The notes beneath the pieces are model-generated. The model had not been told where the DNA came from. It made no database searches and saw nothing but the letters and a program-made list of their open reading frames with translations. A stretch of 64,000 nt of DNA from Halobacteriovoraceae bacterium (lineage in GTDB: Bacteria; Bdellovibrionota; Bacteriovoracia; Bacteriovoracales; Bacteriovoracaceae), in NCBI GenBank assembly GCA_963719505.1, contig CAVRCF010000005.1, positions 224,001-288,000 of the forward strand, in the 5' to 3' direction. Position numbers and translations under genes: made by a program. Within the stretch, counting starts at the first letter, position 1; each line of letters starts with the position of its first letter. Below are positions 9,806-20,563 of this stretch, in pieces.

Positions 9806-11647
9806 TAAACGTCTAAAAATTTTGATGTTCTTCTTATTGAGGTCTCCAGCATACTTCATTTTTTCATAGTGATCGATAATTTCCTTAGCATGGGGAATGT
9901 GTCCAATCTTTTCTCTCATTTCGACAAGTGAATCGCTTGGGCTGACGCAGTTTCCAATCTTTTTTAAGTATTTATCGAAGAGTTTGTCGATAAGCTCTTT
10001 TTTCTTTCGTCGCTCACTTGGTTTTAAAAAGTAAAAAAGGAAAAAAATAATGATTAAAGAGGCACCCAAAAGATAAAAGACTTTCTTTGTGATCTTTAGA
10101 TCTTGGGAGTAGGCGTCCTGCTTTTCCATATCGTAATTATCTAAAAAGAGTGACGCTCTATAGTTGATGTAGCTCCATATCTTTTTTGCATTGATAAAAA
10201 GGCTATTTTTTCTTCTTCTGTCGCTAGTGAAGTCATCACTAGATGAATTAAAGTATGTCTGGCCGCCGAGGGTAATTCTTGAGGGGTCGATAAACCCAGT
10301 GGGGTCAACTTTAATCCATCTTTTGTTGACCAAAACTTCAACCCACGCATGAGCGTCATTTGACGAGACTGTATAGTAGCCACCTAGATCATTATAGATA
10401 CCACCTTGAAATCCAGAAACTAAGCGAGTAGGGAAATCTAAATACCTAAAAAGAATACCAGCGAAAGAGGCGTAGTGGGTGCAATAACCAATCTTCCTTT
10501 GAAGAAACTTTTTTAAAGTTGTAGAGTCACCAGGAGACAAAGAGTAGGTAAATTTGTTTTTGATTAAAAAAGCTTTGAGTTTTCTTTGAACAAAGTTAAA
10601 ACTTTTTCCTTTAAGCTTTTGTTGTTTAACAAAGGTCTTAAGCTCATTTGGTATAAAACTTGGTAGTTGTGTGTAGGCCTCACGGTTTCTGGAGCTAGAA
10701 TCTAGAATCCTTCCTCCCAGTGAACTAATGGCATTTACAATGGCCTTTCTTCCTTTATTGTAAAAAGTAAAAGTATTCGTCGTTGCCGTTTTGTACTGAC
10801 CGATATTGCTCGATTCTATTTCATATGGAGTCTCAAGAAGGATAATGTCTTTTTCTAGGTCTATTTCATACTTGACCTGATACACGATAGGACTTTTTAT
10901 TTTCACCTTGGGGGTGGACGGTCTGAGTTTTCCCGTGTTCCAGTTAAAACCATCTGTATAGCTTAGGACTCTTCCCCTCCAGTAGAGTTGTTCACTAAAA
11001 AGTTCTCTATCTGTTCGCGCGACAAAAGCGGTTTGGGATGAATTTTGCAAGTTGAAGATCGAAGAGTTATCAATATTTTTACTATAGCCAATTTTTCCTT
11101 TTGTTTGATTATTTCTTCGTGGAAAAAATCCTGAGTATCGAGGAAAAAAGATAAAGAGCAGAGCGATAAGAGTGAGGCTAATGAGTGATTCAAATCCACC
11201 TATAGATGTAAAAGATAAAAACTTTAAAGGGTGAGTTTTTTCATCATCATGTTTATCAAGAGTTAAAAAGATAAAAGAGATACTGTAGATCATGACTAGA
11301 AAATATAAAATATCCGTTTTAAAAAGGGAGAAGGCCGCAATCCAGAGGAAAGCCAAAGTGCGGGCTACTTTATCTTGAGAAGATTTAGTATAGATGATTC
11401 TAAGAAGGCATGTGGTTCCCAGGAAAGTGATCATTGGCTCGGGCAGATAAAATGCACCAAAGCTTTGTTTCAAATTATAGATAACTAAAGCGGCCAGAGC
11501 AAAGATGAGATATTTGGTTTTTTCCTTCCAAAACGCTAGCACAAGCATGGCCACCAGAGGTGCGATAACAGAGATATCTAAAAACTCTAAAGCTAAAAGA
11601 GGAAAGGGCATCAGGCAAAGAATAAAGAGATACTTAACCTTAATCAT
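9794..11647 (-). CDS. Membrane-anchored transglutaminase-like protein (TgpA/DUF3488 type)
   Basis: N-terminal TMs, LYWRG, GYCTHYA, DAHAWVE, VDPT triad; ATGA overlap with upstream gene. Confidence 0.85.
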   Translation of the reverse strand: MIKVKYLFILCLMPFPLLALEFLDISVIAPLVAMLVLAFWKEKTKYLIFALAALVIYNLKQSFGAFYLPEPMITFLGTTCLLRIIYTKSSQDKVARTLAFLWIAAFSLFKTDILYFLVMIYSISFIFLTLDKHDDEKTHPLKFLSFTSIGGFESLISLTLIALLFIFFPRYSGFFPRRNNQTKGKIGYSKNIDNSSIFNLQNSSQTAFVARTDRELFSEQLYWRGRVLSYTDGFNWNTGKLRPSTPKVKIKSPIVYQVKYEIDLEKDIILLETPYEIESSNIGQYKTATTNTFTFYNKGRKAIVNAISSLGGRILDSSSRNREAYTQLPSFIPNELKTFVKQQKLKGKSFNFVQRKLKAFLIKNKFTYSLSPGDSTTLKKFLQRKIGYCTHYASFAGILFRYLDFPTRLVSGFQGGIYNDLGGYYTVSSNDAHAWVEVLVNKRWIKVDPTGFIDPSRITLGGQTYFNSSSDDFTSDRRRKNSLFINAKKIWSYINYRASLFLDNYDMEKQDAYSQDLKITKKVFYLLGASLIIIFFLFYFLKPSERRKKKELIDKLFDKYLKKIGNCVSPSDSLVEMREKIGHIPHAKEIIDHYEKMKYAGDLNKKNIKIFRRLLKK

Positions 11648-12495
11648 TGCATGGCCAATTGAGTGAGACATAAATGAAGGTGTTCAGCGCCTTTCGAGCT
11701 ATCAGAGGTAAAGCCTTTAAGCTTAAGTGTCCATGGAATATTTGTTTTATTAAAATGGGCCACTAAAAATGCAAGCTTTTGGATTTTTGTCTCAAGATCA
11801 CCAGAGACACTTTTAAGGGTTAGAACCTGAGGAGTGTAATTATGGGTTTCAAATTTTTTCCAATAGAGTTGTTTGTTCTTTGCAAAAATTCGCCAATTAA
11901 TTCTTTTGGCGGGCATATCTTTTTGATAAGGGATGTGGAGGCTAAATTCATCATCACTGGTGTGATCATGAGCATGACTTTCATTTAAAAGAGTCTCTAA
12001 ATTGTAGATGACCCTTTTGGGATAAATGACCAGCTCTTTGTTTGTTTGATAAAACTTCCAACAATAAAAAAGTCCAAAAGATCCACTGTTTTCAATTTTA
12101 ATTTTTGAAACTTGGTAAACCCCTCGCGGGATGGTTTGGTTTTTACTCAAATCAATATAGTCTTTGTTGATAAGGGCTTTTAACTCTGTAGTCTTAGGAA
12201 CAAAAGACAAGCTAAATGAGTGATGGAGAGATTCTTCTTGATAGGAGTGGTTGAGTTGAAAATTTTCAATTTTAAGCTTTTGGACCTCTTTATGGGTCTT
12301 GAGCATTTGGATAAGTAAAACGGTTAAAAGCCAAAAAGCGATAATCAAAGTGACGTTATTGGTGTAGGTCAAAGCGATGAGAAAAATAGAAAATGTTATC
12401 GCTGTGTAAATAAAGCCAAAAGCAGTTGGGACGATGTAGATATTCTTTCTATTTTGGGTCTTTTTAACCAGAAAGTTTATCAGTCTTTGGATCAT
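11644..12495 (-). CDS. DUF58 domain protein
   Basis: IYIVPT, FGLF, IYP, YQKD..RINWR..AK; lies between MoxR and transglutaminase. Confidence 0.78.
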   Translation of the reverse strand: MIQRLINFLVKKTQNRKNIYIVPTAFGFIYTAITFSIFLIALTYTNNVTLIIAFWLLTVLLIQMLKTHKEVQKLKIENFQLNHSYQEESLHHSFSLSFVPKTTELKALINKDYIDLSKNQTIPRGVYQVSKIKIENSGSFGLFYCWKFYQTNKELVIYPKRVIYNLETLLNESHAHDHTSDDEFSLHIPYQKDMPAKRINWRIFAKNKQLYWKKFETHNYTPQVLTLKSVSGDLETKIQKLAFLVAHFNKTNIPWTLKLKGFTSDSSKGAEHLHLCLTQLAMQ

Positions 12496-13400
12496 TATCT
12501 TATAGCGACTGAGTTTAGCACTTCTTGAGCTTTTTGATGTTCTATTGCAACCGATGAGTTTGATTGTGAAACAAGGCGATGACCACAGACAAAAGGAAAG
12601 AGGTATTTGATATCGTCGGGAATAACATAATCTCTGCCTTTTAAATAAGCAAAAGACTTGGATACCTTGGTCAGGTCAATACCTGCTCTATTACTTAGTG
12701 AGATGATAGATGCATTTGATCTGGTGTATTCGAGAAGATTATAAATGTACTCATAAAGTGAGTCGTCAATTCTTATATTTTTAACTTCTTCTTTGGCCTC
12801 TTTGAGTTCACTGTTAGAGATCTTTTGAGTGATAATAACTTCTTTTGAACCCATATCAGTCTTTAACATTTTTAAGGTCGATTCTTTATCTGGATAGCCA
12901 ATGTCGAATTTCATGCAAAATCTATCAAGCTGAGACTCTGGAAGATCAAATGTTCCTATTTGAGTGCTTGGGTTTTGGGTGGCAAAGACTGTAAAGTTAG
13001 TTGATAAATCATAAGACTTCCTATCAACTGTCACTCTTTTTTCTTCCATGGCTTCTAGGAGAGCACTTTGAGTTTTAGCCGGAGCTCTATTGAGTTCGTC
13101 GGCCAAGACGAGGTCACCAAAAATGGGACCTTTATGGAATTCAAAATTTTGTTTATTAATATCAAATATACTCGAACCAATAATATCACTGGGAAGAATA
13201 TCGTTTGTGAACTGTACACGGCTGAGATCAAAGTCAAAAAGATTTCCAATGATTTTCGCCAGCGTTGTCTTGCCGACTCCAGGGTGGTCTTCAATAAGGA
13301 CATGTCCCGAGCTTAGGACAGCACAAACACTAAGAATAATGCGCTCATCTTTACCTAAAAGATAATTCTGGGCCTCACCAAGCCATAGTAGTTTTTTCAT
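12495..13400 (-). CDS. moxR: MoxR family AAA+ ATPase
   Basis: PGVGKT, RVQFT, LADELNRA, QSALLEAM, ATQNP, LPESQLDRF. Confidence 0.93.
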   Translation of the reverse strand: MKKLLWLGEAQNYLLGKDERIILSVCAVLSSGHVLIEDHPGVGKTTLAKIIGNLFDFDLSRVQFTNDILPSDIIGSSIFDINKQNFEFHKGPIFGDLVLADELNRAPAKTQSALLEAMEEKRVTVDRKSYDLSTNFTVFATQNPSTQIGTFDLPESQLDRFCMKFDIGYPDKESTLKMLKTDMGSKEVIITQKISNSELKEAKEEVKNIRIDDSLYEYIYNLLEYTRSNASIISLSNRAGIDLTKVSKSFAYLKGRDYVIPDDIKYLFPFVCGHRLVSQSNSSVAIEHQKAQEVLNSVAIR

Positions 13401-14143
13401 TATTTAAGCTTTGAGGATTTAAATTGATTCTCTTTAAGCTTAAGACCAAGTTTTCTGTCATCCCATGTGATGATTGATCTTTTTTGTGTCTGCACATTCT
13501 TCATCTCAATCTTATTGGCCAAAAGAAATGACTTATCACCAACTTTATACGTTTTGAAATCTGATATTGTGGACTCTTTTAATAGCTCGCCTCTTCTATC
13601 GAAGTACTTTATCTCTAAAGGGGTGAGGTCAGTTTTAGAAATTTTGGTTATCAGTTTTGTATAACCAGATTTCTTCTTTGGCGTAGACTCAATAGTCCAA
13701 GTTTCTTTATCTTCTGATTGTATTTTATAAGTGTATTTATCTAGAACCTGACCACCAATATCTTCATAGCTAAATTCACTTCCCATAAAAGATCCAGCTT
13801 GGTTTTTTGAATTAATTTTTTTTACACGTTTGAATTTTGGAAGGTAGAGCCACTGCTTATTATCGTCATCAACTAAAGTCCATGTGAGTAGTTTTGTTCC
13901 TTTGATATCGGCTGGCTTCACAAATTCTGTGATGGATTTATCACCCTCTTTGTTGTTTTCCAAAACACTTGCCTCCATAATTCTTTCAACTTGAGTACCG
14001 TGGGCATCGATCAAGATCATCTTCATCTGAGCTTCAGAGCCGATAAATCCTTGTCCTTTCTTTTCCACCTTTTGCATAACTTCTAGCCCAGTCATAGCAA
14101 AAGCCTGATAGAGGAAAATGAATGATAAGATAAAAATTTTCAT
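13400..14143 (-). CDS. Outer membrane lipoprotein-sorting (LolA-like) protein
   Basis: PADIKGT, QWLYLP, KRVKKI, SFMGSEFSYED motifs; signal peptide. Confidence 0.85.
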   Translation of the reverse strand: MKIFILSFIFLYQAFAMTGLEVMQKVEKKGQGFIGSEAQMKMILIDAHGTQVERIMEASVLENNKEGDKSITEFVKPADIKGTKLLTWTLVDDDNKQWLYLPKFKRVKKINSKNQAGSFMGSEFSYEDIGGQVLDKYTYKIQSEDKETWTIESTPKKKSGYTKLITKISKTDLTPLEIKYFDRRGELLKESTISDFKTYKVGDKSFLLANKIEMKNVQTQKRSIITWDDRKLGLKLKENQFKSSKLK

Positions 14144-14155
14144 GTTTTGCTTCCT

Positions 14156-15433
14156 TTAAAAAAATCTAGTTAATTCTATATTAAAGGAGTCCCCATTTGC
14201 AATAGCCCTTAATCCTTCAAAGTTTGACAAGTCTAGTCCATCTTTAGGGTTTTGAGCTTCAATAATTCTGAGACCAGTTTCCAATTTCCATCCTTGAAAG
14301 ACCCTGTATGAATGGCTAACGGAGTAGATTCTCTCTTCAAAATGGTCGACGTCGTTGATGAGAAAAGCGATGATTTCGTGTCCTTTAAAATCATTAAAAT
14401 TGTGACGGTATCCAATAGCTGCATCTCGTTGAAATGGGGAGAGTATCCTTGCAGAGTCTTGAGTTGTTCCAAGGACAGTTTGATATTCAAGAAAAACTGT
14501 TCCCTCTGTATCATTACCATAGGTAAAGGATCTCTCAATTCCAAATGCTGTAAGTGAGAAATCTTCTTTTGAATTTTGCACCGATAGAGTTGGGGGGATA
14601 AAAAGTTCAACCGAGTCTTCATCGTAATCGTAGCGAGCGTGTTCAAATTTTACGATATAAGCATCTATATTCTTTTGAAGTGTAAGTCCGTATTGGTGCA
14701 TCTTTAAGTAATAAGGTGTGATTTCTAGTTGCTCAATTGTTGGCGAATTATTTTGAGTTCTTGGCGAAGAAATTAAAGGATTGTTGGTATCATATTTTCT
14801 AGCGTAGTGAAAATCAAAGTCAAAGCTTTCAAAGTTATGCTGATAACGAATAATAAATTCAAACATGTCGGGCTCGTCTTCGATTTTTTGATCACCATTA
14901 ACATACTTTGTTTTCTCAAAATCTATCAAAGCTCCATTTCTATTGCTCTCATCTGGAAAAATAGAGGGAATGTTTTTAACAATGGCTATTAATTCAATAA
15001 AGGAGGACTCAAAGTCTTTGTGATAAACGATTGATGGCAGACCCAGTCGCTCAATGAGATCACCATTTGAATCAAAGTTTTTTGCATTGATAGTATCTAC
15101 AGGGTGAAAAACCTCTAGCACTGACCAATTAAAAATATGATTCCCAGCTGAAAGTGAGCTCGCGCGAAATTCTTTTTTTAAGTATGTCTCATCAAAGTTG
15201 AGAATATTTCTTTTTGAATTGTTTTGATCTACTCTTGAGAAAAATCCCAAATGAAATCGCAGGCTATCTGCTTCGTAATCAGATTGAAATTTTGTTTTCA
15301 AGTCCAGCTGATAGTCTTTTGTTTCGGGCTTATTATCATCAGGAAAAGCTTTATACCTTACTCCCACTTGTGCTCTATAATCAAAGTCAGCAAATGCCAT
15401 AAGAGGAAATAAAAAGCCTATGAGTAGTTTCAT
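14156..15433 (-). CDS. Putative outer membrane beta-barrel protein
   Basis: Signal peptide, alternating beta pattern, C-terminal Phe, context between MMPL and LolA-like genes. Confidence 0.7.
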   Translation of the reverse strand: MKLLIGFLFPLMAFADFDYRAQVGVRYKAFPDDNKPETKDYQLDLKTKFQSDYEADSLRFHLGFFSRVDQNNSKRNILNFDETYLKKEFRASSLSAGNHIFNWSVLEVFHPVDTINAKNFDSNGDLIERLGLPSIVYHKDFESSFIELIAIVKNIPSIFPDESNRNGALIDFEKTKYVNGDQKIEDEPDMFEFIIRYQHNFESFDFDFHYARKYDTNNPLISSPRTQNNSPTIEQLEITPYYLKMHQYGLTLQKNIDAYIVKFEHARYDYDEDSVELFIPPTLSVQNSKEDFSLTAFGIERSFTYGNDTEGTVFLEYQTVLGTTQDSARILSPFQRDAAIGYRHNFNDFKGHEIIAFLINDVDHFEERIYSVSHSYRVFQGWKLETGLRIIEAQNPKDGLDLSNFEGLRAIANGDSFNIELTRFF

Positions 15434-17718
15434 TTCTTATCTCGATCTAAAATGAGAAGGACTGCTGGTAGGATGATAACATCTGCTAGCAACGCGACAG
15501 TGAGGATTAAGGCGACCATAACACCAAAATTTGAATTCGGAACGTATTGGGCAAAGTAGAAGACTCCAAAGCCTGCAACGATAATTAAAGTCGTATTTAC
15601 CAAAGAAGGTATCGTTGTTTCAAAGACATTTTCTAAAGTGCTTAATGTCGATTCTCCTTTGTCTTTTAGTTTCTTATAAGAGAAAAGAAAGTGGATACTA
15701 TCATCAACGGCAATTCCCAAACACACTGAAGCGATAATGACACTTCCCATGTCGATATCCCATCCAAAAAAGACGAAGAATAAGCTTCCAATGATGAGGG
15801 GGTAAAGATTAGGGATCAAGGCCAAAAGACCTAATTTTAGGGATTTCAAAGTGATGATTAAGATCAATGTTATTAAAACAAAAGCCAAGACAAAAGATTC
15901 AACAAAGCTTGAAACAACATAAGGGGTAAGTTCATGAAAAAGGGGGGTTTTACCTGTAACCTTGGCGTCGAGTCCGATCTCTTTGGCTTTTTTCTCCATC
16001 GTTCTAAACAGGCCCAAGGCTTCTTGTGAATTCCTAATGGTCCATTTCGCTGAAAGATTAATATAATCATTCTTTAGACTGATTTTATCATTGAGCTCTT
16101 TTCCCGGAGGTAATCCCATAGAATAGAAAACAAGTTCTTGGGCTATCGTCTCTCTATCATCCGGTATGGTTTCAAAAGATTTATTATTTTGGTTTAGAGT
16201 CTTATTGATATCTTTAATAATATCTGTGATGCCAAAAGTTGAGTGGATATAGGGCTTAGACTCCAACCACTGCTGGAAGCTATCGACTTTGACTAAAAAC
16301 TCAGAAGACTTCGCTTGGTTGATACCACCAGCATCTATAAGAAAAACAATAGAGTCACTTGGCCCGTTATGTTTTTCAATTTTATTGATATCTTGAATAA
16401 ATTTATAGTCGCTTGGAAATTGGCTATAGGGATCTAAATTGACTTTGAGATTCTTAACGGCCATATGGATCGAGAATCCTATGCTTAAAATAGTAAGAAT
16501 AAGAATGGGCCAGCGATAATTATTGATGAAAGCAATTGATTTTTTACTCTTCTCACTAATGATGACTTTTACGTCGTTTTCAATCTCACCTGAATGTTCG
16601 TCTTTTACAAACTTTAACAAAAGAGGTGCGATAAGTCCGTAGGTGAGTAGCCAAGCGAATATAACGCCGAATCCGACCATCACCCCCATCCCACTGATAG
16701 GATCAATCTTAGCATTAGAGAAGCTTAAAAAACCGACACAAGTTGTAAGGCTTGTCAGAAGGGTTGGGTAAACGTTCTTAATAAGAGCGTGCCTTACAGA
16801 ACTTTGAACACTATTGCCGTGGGATTTCGCAATAAAGAACACGGTAAGTAGATGAATACTATCAGCGATGGCCACAGTTAATAAAATGTTGGGAGCGACA
16901 GCTGAGAGTGTGTTTACCTTTATGCCAAGATAGCCAGACAAACCCATCATCATGATTATTGAAGTTATAAGGATGACGTAAGGGATGAGGACACCGCTGA
17001 TGTTTTTATAAATCATCCATAAAATAAGGGTAAAAATCACAAAGAGAATAGGAACAAGCCTTCCCACATCTTCTTGTGTTATTTCTTTAAAGATATGAGT
17101 GAGTATGGCCGTGCCAATGATTTGATACTTATAATTCTCCATTCCTTTTTTCTCTACCAAGGCCCTAATTTGCTTGGTGATAAGCTCATTGTCAGCAATT
17201 GAGTTAAAGGATGGTTTGATTTTAGCAACGATGACTGAGAGCTTTCCGTCTTTTGAGATATAGTTTTCTTCAATAAAGCTGTGGTCTTTTACTTTTTTCT
17301 TGAGTTTCTCGATATAACTTTGGTCTATACTTTGGGTATCAACGAGTGCTCCGACATCGATTTCATCTTCGACAATATCAACGTAGTCAAAATTTGTGAG
17401 CGAATCAACTCTTATAACCGAGTCTACCTTCCAGATATCGTTTGTGAGCTCTTCCAAGTGAACAAGTGATTCTTCGTTGTAAAGACCCTCTTCGCGATAG
17501 ATGCCTAAAACTAAGGAGTCATCATTACCAAAGAGTTTTTCATAAAAGTCGTAGCGCTGAAGAAGAGGATCTTGTTCAGAGTACCAAATACGATATGAGA
17601 AATCGCTTTTGATTTGAAAGAGACCAGGAATTGAAACCAAGACCATCAAGATCGAAATCATGATGGCACGGTTTGGGTGGTCTATAATACTTTGAGTGAT
17701 CTTCTCTCTAAAATTCAT
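15430..17718 (-). CDS. MMPL/RND family transporter
   Basis: Two repeats of TM + periplasmic domain; AIADSIH and GIAVDDSIH motifs. Confidence 0.9.
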   Translation of the reverse strand: MNFREKITQSIIDHPNRAIMISILMVLVSIPGLFQIKSDFSYRIWYSEQDPLLQRYDFYEKLFGNDDSLVLGIYREEGLYNEESLVHLEELTNDIWKVDSVIRVDSLTNFDYVDIVEDEIDVGALVDTQSIDQSYIEKLKKKVKDHSFIEENYISKDGKLSVIVAKIKPSFNSIADNELITKQIRALVEKKGMENYKYQIIGTAILTHIFKEITQEDVGRLVPILFVIFTLILWMIYKNISGVLIPYVILITSIIMMMGLSGYLGIKVNTLSAVAPNILLTVAIADSIHLLTVFFIAKSHGNSVQSSVRHALIKNVYPTLLTSLTTCVGFLSFSNAKIDPISGMGVMVGFGVIFAWLLTYGLIAPLLLKFVKDEHSGEIENDVKVIISEKSKKSIAFINNYRWPILILTILSIGFSIHMAVKNLKVNLDPYSQFPSDYKFIQDINKIEKHNGPSDSIVFLIDAGGINQAKSSEFLVKVDSFQQWLESKPYIHSTFGITDIIKDINKTLNQNNKSFETIPDDRETIAQELVFYSMGLPPGKELNDKISLKNDYINLSAKWTIRNSQEALGLFRTMEKKAKEIGLDAKVTGKTPLFHELTPYVVSSFVESFVLAFVLITLILIITLKSLKLGLLALIPNLYPLIIGSLFFVFFGWDIDMGSVIIASVCLGIAVDDSIHFLFSYKKLKDKGESTLSTLENVFETTIPSLVNTTLIIVAGFGVFYFAQYVPNSNFGVMVALILTVALLADVIILPAVLLILDRDKK

Positions 17719-18596
17719 TACTTAAACGACATTGTCCGTGCTTCGTTGAATTCTTTCCAAGCTTTGTTAACTTCTTTTTTATCACTTTTCTTAAAGCTAT
17801 TAACTTGGTCATCAATCGCTCCGTAGCGATAGGTCACTAGATCGATTTCTTTTGTATTACCAAGGATTTGCTGCATTCTTTTTGTATGCTTAACGTGATC
17901 ATCAGCAAAGACTATCGCTTTAAAGTTTGAACCTGTTTTATGTAAAAGAGTCTTGAGCATAATTCCTTTATTCATTCCCGATGTCATAAACACGCCATTC
18001 ATATAACTTGCATACAGTGGTGACTTATTTCCCGAAACCTCTAAGTCATTTTTTGTCAGTCCATTTTTACTTGGATTTTCAAGGGAGTAGGGTTTGTAGA
18101 CACCAGCGTATCCGTACTTTGGACCAATGGCAGAATCGACAAAGTTAAAGTCATTCATCTGTAGTGCTCTTTGCGTGGCATTTCTAAAACCTGGTCCACG
18201 ACTGGTAAGAAGAATAACTTTGTATCCTCTTTTTTGAAGATGTCTAACAACTCTTGGTGTTTCTTTTTGAGCTGGAATCATATTAGACATGGCAAATATT
18301 TGACCTTGAATATCGAGAAGTTGATTAAAGTCATTAGTGACACAAAAATCAGGAGCTTTCTTTTTTATACAGTTCTCTGACTGCCATCCCCACCATTGAT
18401 CAGCACCGAAGTCTTGAGGCATCGCCATTAATGTATTATCGATATCAAAAACGACGAGAACATTGTCTTTGCCATACTTATTTCCCATCTCCATAACTTT
18501 TCTTTCAATTTCTAGGATTGAGTTTGTCTCTTTTTGCTCGCCGGAGAAAGCTAAGTAGCTCGATAAAAGAATTAAAATAAATAGAACCATTCTCAT
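17718..18596 (-). CDS. Secreted HAD-like protein (DUF2608 type)
   Basis: VFDIDNTL, LTSR, NKG, FADD HAD motifs; signal peptide. Confidence 0.75.
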   Translation of the reverse strand: MRMVLFILILLSSYLAFSGEQKETNSILEIERKVMEMGNKYGKDNVLVVFDIDNTLMAMPQDFGADQWWGWQSENCIKKKAPDFCVTNDFNQLLDIQGQIFAMSNMIPAQKETPRVVRHLQKRGYKVILLTSRGPGFRNATQRALQMNDFNFVDSAIGPKYGYAGVYKPYSLENPSKNGLTKNDLEVSGNKSPLYASYMNGVFMTSGMNKGIMLKTLLHKTGSNFKAIVFADDHVKHTKRMQQILGNTKEIDLVTYRYGAIDDQVNSFKKSDKKEVNKAWKEFNEARTMSFK

Positions 18597-18610
18597 TTAA
18601 ACCTCGTTTA

Positions 18611-19208
18611 TTATATTTTTAACATTAATGTTCCAGCACTGCTGAAGTCTTCTTGCGTTTCAAGTCCATCGCCGCGGGTGTAGATGGTGTATAAGGACAG
18701 ACCAAAAGATCTGCTAAACCAAATATTCATCCCAGTAGAGAGATAAAAGTAACTGAGGTCATAGTCTGTGACTGTCACGTTACCTACTGTCTGCTCCTAA
18801 ATCCACATCATTTTCGTCTGTTGTTACACTGACATATCTTGGATTTATAAAGAGTTCGAAAAAATCACTAAAAGCATTTGAAGCGATTAAGCCTCCGTAG
18901 TAATAGGTTGAATCTCCCCCTGCACCGTAGCCCGTTTCAAAAGCGTATGACGATCCCAGTTGGGCGTTTTTAAATGAGTATTTTGCGTACAGACCAGAAC
19001 TTGCAAATCCACCAAACTCCATGACATAGCCAAAATCTAGATTGGCCGATGCCCCAAAACCCATCTTTAAATAGTAGCTAGAGTTTGCACTTCCAAGTTC
19101 AACCTGTGAGTTTCCAGCCCCTAAAGAGCGAGCGGATTTGTTGGAAGAAAATGGCGCAATTGAGCAGCCTGAGATGATAAAAAGAATCGTGATAAGAAGT
19201 ATCTTCAT
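18611..19208 (-). pseudogene. Putative outer membrane lipoprotein/beta-barrel with a +1 frameshift near 18790
   Basis: Lipobox ISGC; ORF stops at 18780 but the +1 frame continues VGNVTVTDYDLSYFYLSTG...LMLKI* to 18611, 14 bp before the next gene. Confidence 0.65.
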
Positions 19209-20401
19209 TTTAGTTTAAATGTTCCTATAATGGGGTAGTGATCGGAGGCGTCTTTAAATAACTTATAGCTTTTATCGACAATGGCCCAGCATGTTTTTGA
19301 TTTTTCTCTCCAGTTCACTAAAACTTGAGAAGCTGCGACATTTGGATTCTCCGGCTTTTTTGAACAGCCAAGCCCAGTTCGGCTAAAGTCTGGATGAAGT
19401 ATCTCACCTTTGATCACTTCAATGTTTTTGCTCGTTCCAATATAGTCAAGCATCAAGCGAAAAGGCTCTGCACCGTAACTACTTCCCTCGTTGGTAAAAC
19501 TAAGTTTTGATGGTGGGATCCACATATTTATTTTTTTAAAAAGTCTTCTTAAAATTAAAGAGCCAGGGTTGGCGGTCGAGTCATATGCAGTATTCCAATC
19601 ACCAACAGCGACGAAATAGTCAGTTGATTTAAGAGGTTTTATTTTGGGTAGATTGACAGGGATATCAGTCGATCCGGTGAGGTACCATTCAAGAAAACGA
19701 AGTTGATCGCGGTTTCTTTTATAGTTTGGAGATTTGGCATTTCCAAAATTGAAGGCGGCCACGGTATGAAGAAGAATGATATGAACTTCTTTATTATCTA
19801 TAGAGACAGTAATATCGGAGAAATTTTTATCAAAGAGTTCAGCACTTTCAGGAAAAGCTGATCCATCGGCAGTTCTAAATTCTTTTAGATCTATGGCCGC
19901 ATTAAAGTCGCTCCAGAGGATTTTTGAGAATACTTTTTTTGAGATGATTTCGTATTTTGATAAAAGAGCTGAAGAGTACTGTCCTGGCATAGTTCCAAAG
20001 TTAACTTGATCGGCACTCGCCCGCGCTTGTGGTGCATTGGGATCGATATGGTAGTGACCATTTTCTTTTTTCTTGGCCTTTAATCCTGTGTTGGCAGGGT
20101 CGATACTTTTATCTTTAAAGTCCTTGAGGTCGAGATACTTGGCAAGTGTTGTTGGGTTCTCAGCAGTTGTCGTAAAGCTTGGGTTTGGAACATTTGGTAA
20201 ATCGTATTGAATCTCATTTATGGAGAGAAGATCGAATTTATGCTTTGATAGAATCTCTTTAACGGCTTTTAATTGATCACTTCCATCTTTAAGCTTTTTA
20301 GAATCTAGCTCTTTGATATTGTAATGAAGCAATGTGAAAGAGTCGCGGGCCATAGTTGTCCAAGAACACAAAATGATCATAAAAGTTAAAATGTTTTTCA
20401 T
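19205..20401 (-). CDS. Secreted EEP family protein
   Basis: HYNI, INEIQYD, GDWN, LDYI, SDHYP. Confidence 0.85.
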   Translation of the reverse strand: MKNILTFMIILCSWTTMARDSFTLLHYNIKELDSKKLKDGSDQLKAVKEILSKHKFDLLSINEIQYDLPNVPNPSFTTTAENPTTLAKYLDLKDFKDKSIDPANTGLKAKKKENGHYHIDPNAPQARASADQVNFGTMPGQYSSALLSKYEIISKKVFSKILWSDFNAAIDLKEFRTADGSAFPESAELFDKNFSDITVSIDNKEVHIILLHTVAAFNFGNAKSPNYKRNRDQLRFLEWYLTGSTDIPVNLPKIKPLKSTDYFVAVGDWNTAYDSTANPGSLILRRLFKKINMWIPPSKLSFTNEGSSYGAEPFRLMLDYIGTSKNIEVIKGEILHPDFSRTGLGCSKKPENPNVAASQVLVNWREKSKTCWAIVDKSYKLFKDASDHYPIIGTFKLK

Positions 20402-20563
20402 AGGTAGTTCCTATCAAACTATCAGGTATTTGACCATTATCATCAAAAGTACGGATATTCTTGTTTATAAGGATCCGTAAATATTACATAAAGCCGGAAG
20501 GTTTATTGCGCCGTATTAACCACTATGTTACTTATGGCTCCAAATAACCCCTAAGGAGAATGT

